Shown in pieces: positions 58,259 through 64,000 of a stretch of 64,000 bases of DNA (its first letter is position 1; each line of letters starts with the position of its first letter). The notes under the pieces are model-generated. The model was not told where the DNA came from and ran no database searches. It saw only the letters and a program-made list of their open reading frames with translations. Source of the DNA: Chloroflexota bacterium (GTDB taxonomy: Bacteria; Chloroflexota; UBA11872; VXNJ01); the NCBI GenBank assembly GCA_965218195.1, contig OZ244593.1:3061413-3125412 (forward strand), given 5' to 3'. A program made the translations under genes and the position numbers.

Positions 58259-59932
58259 TTGACCTCTTCGCGCCTCCCGAGCGTTCATACGTCCCGCTTC
58301 AACTCCCTCGCCCTGGAGGTCCTTGTGCCCGATCCCATCCTCCGCATCGCCACCTACGCCCGCGTCTCCTCCGACGAACAGCGTGACCGTCATACCGTCC
58401 GCAATCAACGCTCGGCTCTATCCCGCCGTCTGGGTTCCGAGCCGGGTGTTTTGGTCTTCAAGCATTACGAGGATGACGGCGTCTCTGGCACTGTCCCTCT
58501 CGAAGACCGTCCTTCGGGGCGCGCGCTTGCGCGTGATGCTCGCGCCGGTCGTTTCTCCCAGATCTGGGTCGTCCGCGCCGATCGCCTCGGTCGCGACGCC
58601 TTCGAGCTGCTCCGCATCTGGAGAGTGTTCGAGTCGATCGGAGTCTCCCTCCGCGCCACCGACGAGAACATCGACGATCCCTTCTACTTCGATATCCACG
58701 CCGTCATCGCCGCCAACGAGCGCCGCAAGTTCCTCGAACGTTCCGCAGAGGGCATGAACCGCGCCGCCAGCGAAGGCCGCTATACCGGCGGCATCGTCCC
58801 GCTCGGCTACTCGGTCTCCGGCGATCGTGGCTCCCGTCGCCTCGTCCCGGACGACTCCATCATGTGGTCCGGCCTCTCCGCCGCAGACGTTGTCAGACGC
58901 ATCTATCACCATCTGGCCTCGGACGGCTGGACCTGTCCGCGTATCGCTTCCGCCTTCAACTCGCTCGGCATCCCCACCTCCTATCGCCGCGACGGTCGCG
59001 GCGTTCGCGGCAAACGCACCCAGGGCCTCTGGCGCTCCGGCCATATCCGCAATCTCGTCGTCAATCCCGTCTACAAGGGCATCCTCCAGTACGGACGACG
59101 ATCTACCAAACCGAATGGTCGTTCTGTCATTTCTTCTTCCGTTCCCCCACTGGTTTCCGATGATGTCTGGAACGCCGCTCTCTCCACTCTCAAGCGCAAC
59201 CGCGCCTTCCCACGCAACTCGTGCCACTCCTACCTGCTCCGCTCCCTCATCCGCTGTGCCGTTTGCGGCCTGACCTTCTGCGGAACATGGGCCAGAAATA
59301 AGCCTCGCTACAGGTGCAACGGCTCCATGGCCCACCGCGGCCCTCTCCAAGGCAAGTGCATCGGCGCCTCCATTAAGGGCGAGAGGTTGGAGCAGGCGGT
59401 CTGGTCGGATGTCTCCCGCTTCCTTATCGACCCCTCCGACCTCGTGGATGAGCTCCTCGCCGAAGGCTCGGACATCGAGAATCACGCCGTCGCCGAGGCC
59501 GAGCGCGCCTCGCTGCTCGACGCTCGCAACGCGGCTCAGCTTCGCCGCAAGCGCGCCATCGACCTCTATACCCGCGGCAAGCTGTCCGACCTAGAGTTCG
59601 ACGCCGTGGCCGCAGACGTGGAACAGGAACTCAAGAGGCTGGACGAGCGGCTAGCCGATCTCGAACCCGATGACGACCCGCTTGACGACGCCGTCTCCGA
59701 GGATGTGCTGGCGGAGATCCGTGAACGCCTGGAGGCGGACCTCTCGGACGCCGAGCGCCGCGAGATCGTTCAGTTGCTGGTGCGCCGGATCACCGTCCAC
59801 ACCACCCTCCCCGACCGCGGCCCCAAGCACGTCCGCGTCGTCATCGACTACCGCTTCCCGCCTGTAGTCCAAACTCACACGGGCATCGCTGCGAGTCACA
59901 GCTACACCCTCCGCCGTGTTATCGCCGCCTGA
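58259..59932 (+). CDS. Large serine recombinase (resolvase/invertase N-domain, recombinase domain, zinc ribbon and coiled-coil).
   Basis: IATYARVSSDEQ (catalytic Ser region), VVRADRLGRD and a CAVCG...YRCNG zinc ribbon are present. It is about 540-557 aa. The start is possibly the GTG near 58325. Confidence 0.85.
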   Translation: MTSSRLPSVHTSRFNSLALEVLVPDPILRIATYARVSSDEQRDRHTVRNQRSALSRRLGSEPGVLVFKHYEDDGVSGTVPLEDRPSGRALARDARAGRFSQIWVVRADRLGRDAFELLRIWRVFESIGVSLRATDENIDDPFYFDIHAVIAANERRKFLERSAEGMNRAASEGRYTGGIVPLGYSVSGDRGSRRLVPDDSIMWSGLSAADVVRRIYHHLASDGWTCPRIASAFNSLGIPTSYRRDGRGVRGKRTQGLWRSGHIRNLVVNPVYKGILQYGRRSTKPNGRSVISSSVPPLVSDDVWNAALSTLKRNRAFPRNSCHSYLLRSLIRCAVCGLTFCGTWARNKPRYRCNGSMAHRGPLQGKCIGASIKGERLEQAVWSDVSRFLIDPSDLVDELLAEGSDIENHAVAEAERASLLDARNAAQLRRKRAIDLYTRGKLSDLEFDAVAADVEQELKRLDERLADLEPDDDPLDDAVSEDVLAEIRERLEADLSDAERREIVQLLVRRITVHTTLPDRGPKHVRVVIDYRFPPVVQTHTGIAASHSYTLRRVIAA

Positions 59933-60099
59933 GCCCAAACACCTCGCCCCTCGACCGTCTCCGGTTCCTACAGCGGCGACAGGTCTCTTTCAGTTCCAGT
60001 TTGCTCAGCTCGATCGCTGCTGAGAAGACACCCCGAAGGCCCGGGTGAGGCTCCGTTCAACCGCCCCCGCTCTTCTTCTGCAATCGCCCGTTCAGCGGC

Positions 60100-60400
60100 C
60101 TGGGCGAGTTATTGGGTTTCCGGATGCCGAGCGACATGCCGCCGCTCGCAGTTGTCGGAGGGAGCGTTCATTGTTGATGCTTACTTTCTATACAAAGAGC
60201 GCCTCGGCTTGGCGTCGAGTTCTGCCGCGCCGGCGACGGCCACATCGCCGCCCGGCTCGCCCCTGTCGCGCCACGGGGCGCCGTACAGAGCTTCGGCGAA
60301 CATGGGCTGCTTTGCGGCGAGTCTGGCCGCACACGCGCGTCACGGGGCGCCTGTTTGCGAGTCCAGCTGGTCATGAACTTGAAGCGCTGAGGTTGGACCT
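60100..60400. mobile_element. Short degenerate IS256-like scrap, homologous to 15600-15944.
   Basis: An about 180-bp alignment CGCCTC(C/G)GCTTGGCGTCGAG(C/T)TCTGCC...GGCGACG.CCACATCGC...CGCGCCAC...TTTGCGAGT is shared with 15722-15900 at about 80% by eye. The reverse translation gives AEALFV / MN.PS fragments resembling the IS256 transposase segment AEAFFT..MNCPS. Confidence 0.35.
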
Positions 60401-60734
60401 GATTGCGCCGTTCGTGCGCCTCCCTCGACGGCCGAACCGCGCTCGATTGGCCTCGCTCCCGCCTACCAACCACTACCAATTCATTTTTGCCAGCAAAGGT
60501 AGGGTTTGCTAGCCGTTGCTAGTCCCCGGACCCGCGCTTTTCGCTAGCTGGACGGCTTCTCGCTGCCTCGTCAATCGCCTGCGCGACCTCGGGGCTCGCT
60601 TCCACCGTCATCCCGACTATACCGCTACGCCGCCCGGATAAGCCGGCCACTCAAAGCACCGGATGTACCGACGACGCCTGCTGCCTTGACCAAGCCACCT
60701 TACTAGTCTAGGTTTCTCGTAAGGAGATGCGCCC

Positions 60735-60977
60735 GTGATCGTCAAAGTCACCTCCAAACGTCAGGTCACCTTCCCCGCCAGAGTCCTCGACGCCCTCGGC
60801 GTCAAGCCCGGCGACCAACTCGAAATACAGCCCGGTCCCGACGGCTTCATCATCCGCCCCCGCCGTATAGACCCAACCCTTCTCGCGCCGCTGCGTGGCA
60901 AGCTACGGCCCACTGACAGTCCCTTCGACCTCCATGCCTTCCGCGATCAGCCCCATGACCCGGCGCTTCGGGATTGA
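60735..60977 (+). CDS. AbrB/MazE/SpoVT-type antitoxin (VapB-like).
   Basis: KVTSKRQVTFPARVLDALGVKPGDQLEI is a SpoVT_AbrB swapped-hairpin motif. It overlaps the downstream PIN gene by about 23 bp. Confidence 0.7.
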   Translation: MIVKVTSKRQVTFPARVLDALGVKPGDQLEIQPGPDGFIIRPRRIDPTLLAPLRGKLRPTDSPFDLHAFRDQPHDPALRD

Positions 60978-61353
60978 TACCTCCATCCTCGTTCGCCTGC
61001 TAACCGGCGAACCCGCCTCCGACTTCGAGTACTGCGTCGCTCAACTGACCCGGCTGGTTGAGGATTCCGCTGCCGAGATCTTCGCCTCCAACCAGGTCAT
61101 CGGTGAAGCCTACGTGGCCGTACAACATCACTACGGCGTAACCAAGGCCGATGCTCGCTCTGGCCTGATCGACGTTCTGCGCAGCGGCCTGGTCGCTCCC
61201 CTCAACGGTTCTACCGTGATCGAAGCGCTGGAGGCTTCTGGCGGCCCCGGCTTGCTCGACCGGCTCATCGCCGACGACTACCGCCGCGTCGGTTTGGAAA
61301 CTCTGACGCTTGATCGCAGGATGTCGGGCCTCCCGCAAGTCAATCTCCTCTAG
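60955..61353 (+). CDS. PIN-domain toxin (VapC-like).
   Basis: It starts MTRRFGIDTSILVRLL (first acidic residue of the PIN fold) and is about 132 aa. It is paired with the upstream antitoxin. Confidence 0.65.
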   Translation: MTRRFGIDTSILVRLLTGEPASDFEYCVAQLTRLVEDSAAEIFASNQVIGEAYVAVQHHYGVTKADARSGLIDVLRSGLVAPLNGSTVIEALEASGGPGLLDRLIADDYRRVGLETLTLDRRMSGLPQVNLL

Positions 61354-61473
61354 GTCGGGCCGCCTATGCCCTCTCTCCGCCCCAGAGTTCTGACATTCTT
61401 CGTGGGGCCAGTTTTCGCGGGACAGTTATCCCGAAGCCGCTAGGCCCCGCTGATATTGTCTACCTGTCTGCCG

Positions 61474-62430
61474 TCACAGATTCGCCGTAAGCTCATCCAA
61501 TCTCGGGGCGAACACCTCTTTGAACTTCAAAAGCCGTTCTACCATCCAGTCCTGAATTACTTTCAGCGTGTCCTCGTCGTCTTCAATACTCCCTTCGCGG
61601 ACTACCGCAATGCGCGACGCTCTGCGATCACCCATGCGCTCCCATTCAAGCTCGGCCCCCACTTCAGACTCAATGTCAGTTCGACGCTCGAATAGCTGGT
61701 CGAACAATCTGCTGATCCATTTCTCGTCAACGTTATCGATATACAGTTCGATCCTGGCCCTTCCACCCATCGCGAAATTGGCTCCGTACTTGACTCTCCC
61801 ATGTCCTGCTGAGAAGGAGTACCAGTTGCTCGGCTGGGCTTTACGCGCGTTCGTGAAGCTATGCTCTTCCCTGAGTGTGTCGATGAGTCCCTGGAAGAAG
61901 TCTCGGTATCGCTCCTTTCGTTCAGACACACCGTCCGACGGGCGTCTGTCCGGTTGTTTTCCCCAGTCGTTGGGAGCGCTTATAAGGTTGAAATTGACTG
62001 CCGGGCGAGATTTGTCGATGCTCCACAGTTCAACCTCTATTCCAAAGAACTCTGTCCCTTCCCCTGTACGCCTGTTGAGCAAGCTCAACGCTTCCGCGTG
62101 CTCATCCCGGAACTTCTTTGCAATCCAGACGATTACGTTGGCGTCAAATCCGGCCATATACGTGAGCAACTGTCCTAGATGATTGTGGTCGGTGATTCCC
62201 AACTGATTCTCGATGACTACGTCCCGACCGCTTCCATCACGGGCCAGCAAATCCAATTGATAGGCGCCGACCGGCGCTTCTCGCGCTTCAATTTCAAGGT
62301 CCATTCCCAGAGCACCGCCAAGCTCGGCAATGTTCTCCGCCAGCCACGGCGTAAAGTCCGCCGCTTCCTTGGGCCAGACCTCTCTGAGGTCTACCTTGTC
62401 GATGGTTGCAAGTTTCCCCGTCGCGGTCAT
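61474..62430 (-). CDS. DUF4268-type protein with an N-terminal PD-(D/E)xK-like nuclease fold.
   Basis: VDLREVWPKEAADFTPWLAENI...YQLDLLARDGSGRDVVIENQLGITDHNHLGQLLTYMAG is the canonical DUF4268 N-terminal block. Confidence 0.6.
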   Translation of the reverse strand: MTATGKLATIDKVDLREVWPKEAADFTPWLAENIAELGGALGMDLEIEAREAPVGAYQLDLLARDGSGRDVVIENQLGITDHNHLGQLLTYMAGFDANVIVWIAKKFRDEHAEALSLLNRRTGEGTEFFGIEVELWSIDKSRPAVNFNLISAPNDWGKQPDRRPSDGVSERKERYRDFFQGLIDTLREEHSFTNARKAQPSNWYSFSAGHGRVKYGANFAMGGRARIELYIDNVDEKWISRLFDQLFERRTDIESEVGAELEWERMGDRRASRIAVVREGSIEDDEDTLKVIQDWMVERLLKFKEVFAPRLDELTANL

Positions 62431-62502
62431 CGCGAGCCTCCTTGCCTCTCGGCTATCCCGACTCCGGCTTAGGCGTCCCCAGCGATTTCCACCGCACTTC
62501 CG

Positions 62503-62994
62503 TTACGGAGCCAACTGTTGACGTATGGTCTTGATCAGCTCCAGGATGTCAGGACGAGCTTCCTTCACCTCGTCCCGCTGGGCGAGCTCCTCCAATGCTT
62601 CGACGACCCGCTGGTCGCCGAAGTCCACCAACTGCTCAATCGCCAGCAGGTGTGGAGGCGGTGAGTAGAAGGGATAGCCATCTGGGTGCTTCTCCGGTGA
62701 CCTTACGAGATTAAGCAAGTGCTGGCGGATCTCCTCCGTGTCCGGCGATGGCTGCCAGAACTCTCGCACATCGTTGCCGCCATGAACGTACACCGGCCCA
62801 ATGGGTATGGGGTCGCGGTCGGGCCGGCGGTACGGGTGGTTGGCGCAGTAGGTGTAGAAGGGGTTCGGGATGGCGAGCTGGCGGATCTCGCAGGAACTAG
62901 GGATATCACTCTTGAAGTTGGCGGATCCACGTTGGCCGCTGTTGGAGCGGTTGAACCAGCAGGTGCCGCAGCAGTCTGATCCTCCATTCGGCAT
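62503..62994 (-). CDS. Cys-rich hypothetical protein (163 aa).
   Basis: It is an ORF with the N-terminal pattern MPNGGSDCCGTCWF...C...C. It is adjacent to DUF4268 on the same strand. No family could be assigned. Confidence 0.4.
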   Translation of the reverse strand: MPNGGSDCCGTCWFNRSNSGQRGSANFKSDIPSSCEIRQLAIPNPFYTYCANHPYRRPDRDPIPIGPVYVHGGNDVREFWQPSPDTEEIRQHLLNLVRSPEKHPDGYPFYSPPPHLLAIEQLVDFGDQRVVEALEELAQRDEVKEARPDILELIKTIRQQLAP

Positions 62995-63455
62995 GTGTCC
63001 AACATCCTCCGCTCAACTGACCCGTCCCAAGGCTTGAACCACGAAGTATGTTAGCCCGACGAGCATCGGGATAGGCTGCCCAGGCAGGATGGCCGGCGCC
63101 GGCGGCCTGTAGCCGGCGAGCTATGCAGACATAGTGGGGCGTGTCCTGGCTGCTGACTGCACAGTCCATGCATACGTGAATGGACAACAGGGGCGCACAG
63201 CAAACTGAACTACAGGTAGCCGGCGCCGACGACCGTCCTGCCTTCTGAGCCTATCGCGATGCTCGGGGGACTCGCATGGTTGGAAATCCAAAGCTTGGGC
63301 GCAGGACAGTCAACGGGTGGCTTGGTCGTCGACGTCCGCCCCAGTCTATTGCGCCTCCTGGTTAAAGACAGCGTTTTCATACGTAAGGACTAGCCTACGT
63401 GGTGGTGGGTTTCCGTATTCGGGGACCGCATTGGCTAGACCCAGCACAGACCGAG

Positions 63456-63992
63456 TCAGATGCCCTTCCAGTTCATTGTAAAACTGTAAAACGCGTTCTT
63501 CGGCTCCTTGTCATTCACCTGCAGGACTAGCGTCTGATGTCGGTCCTTCATGTAAGTCGCATTGTATGGACTGCCACTTGCGACTGAATACCAGGCAGTA
63601 CCCTTATCAAGAACACACAGCATTTTGACCATGTTGTCGCGGGTAAGCAGCTCGTTTACGGCGCCAAAGCGCTTGGCCACGTTCACGAACGTTATGCCAT
63701 CGCGTAAGCCTGTAGCAAAGACGCTGGTGTGGAGAGGGTTCAGGATTGCCCCGGGCCTATCGAACATCGGAATATGTTGATTCTCAGTTATGTGGCCGTA
63801 GGGGTTGTCCGGGCGCTCTAGCCTGGAGACGGTAACTAGCTTCTCCATAGCAGCGTCTAGTTCGTCAAATCCCAACGTCTGCTTGATTTCCGCGACTGCG
63901 TATACGCCCTCGATGGGAAAATGAAAACGACGCGATCCACTAGTTGCTCCGAGTTTGACAGCCGGTGACCAAATCTGGTCCCTTATTATCAA
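63456..63992 (-). CDS. Hypothetical protein in a low-GC patch, possibly truncated by the window edge.
   Basis: It is a 178-aa ORF. The local GC is clearly lower than the window average. No motif was recognised. Confidence 0.35.
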   Translation of the reverse strand: MIIRDQIWSPAVKLGATSGSRRFHFPIEGVYAVAEIKQTLGFDELDAAMEKLVTVSRLERPDNPYGHITENQHIPMFDRPGAILNPLHTSVFATGLRDGITFVNVAKRFGAVNELLTRDNMVKMLCVLDKGTAWYSVASGSPYNATYMKDRHQTLVLQVNDKEPKNAFYSFTMNWKGI

Positions 63993-64000
63993 GTCGCAGT

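Noticed and set aside
60045-60512. A 155-aa plus-strand ORF downstream of the serine recombinase.
   Set aside because: It is Arg/Pro-rich with no motif. The region aligns at DNA level to IS256-derived sequence at 15.7 kb, so the ORF is most likely spurious.
1-64000. Search for tRNA/tmRNA genes (T-loop GGTTCGAATCC-like boxes), especially next to the integrase at 57 kb, and for rRNA.
   Set aside because: Every GTTCGA/TTCGAGTCC hit lies inside coding sequence without acceptor-stem complementarity. No tRNA-like cloverleaf candidate was found. I cannot run tRNAscan, so short or unusual tRNAs are not excluded.
1-64000. Search for CRISPR arrays.
   Set aside because: The only short direct repeats (12251-12304 18-bp x2, the LRR 72-bp units and the Fn3 repeats) are either just two copies or are clearly coding. 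No repeat-spacer periodicity was seen.

Overview
This is a high-GC (about 65-70%) bacterial chromosomal segment, Actinobacteria-like in codon usage, and it reads as a mosaic accessory region.

Housekeeping-type genes:
- polyphosphate kinase 2 (PPK2)
- an APH-like kinase
- two aldo/keto reductase (AKR) and Gfo/Idh/MocA oxidoreductase pairs
- a PhyH dioxygenase
- a sulfatase/LTA-synthase-like membrane protein
- a LysR regulator
- an amidohydrolase

At least seven insertion-sequence (IS) copies or remnants, with many truncated genes:
- an intact IS3-family element
- two near-identical copies of a second IS3-family element, one nested in an IS256 remnant and the other carrying two nonsense mutations and truncating an AIPR abortive-infection gene
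- an IS21 element with an internally deleted IstA
- two 5'-truncated copies of an rve-type IS
- a second IS256-like scrap

A dense collection of defence and mobile-element genes:
- an MmeI-like type IIL restriction-modification enzyme, followed by a DUF4238 protein and an AlbA_2/Schlafen-like protein
- a second fused PD-(D/E)xK nuclease and N6-adenine methyltransferase
- two tandem, diverged McrB-like/McrC-like pairs with unusually long N-terminal domains
- a tyrosine integrase, a large serine recombinase, and a VapB(AbrB-type)/VapC pair
- a DUF4268 nuclease-like protein

The best candidate for an undescribed system is the divergently arranged, low-GC-flanked pair at 33.9-39.8 kb. It pairs a 1034-aa helical protein with a 715-aa protein that carries a NERD/PD-(D/E)xK-like core and a C-terminal SEC-C motif.

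Other unusual items:
- a lipoprotein combining a TolB-like beta-propeller with plant-type LRRs
- a giant LRR and 3xFn3 surface protein, with a conserved leader that recurs beside a decayed paralog
- a peroxiredoxin gene with TAA at the catalytic Cys

No tRNA, rRNA or CRISPR array was recognised.
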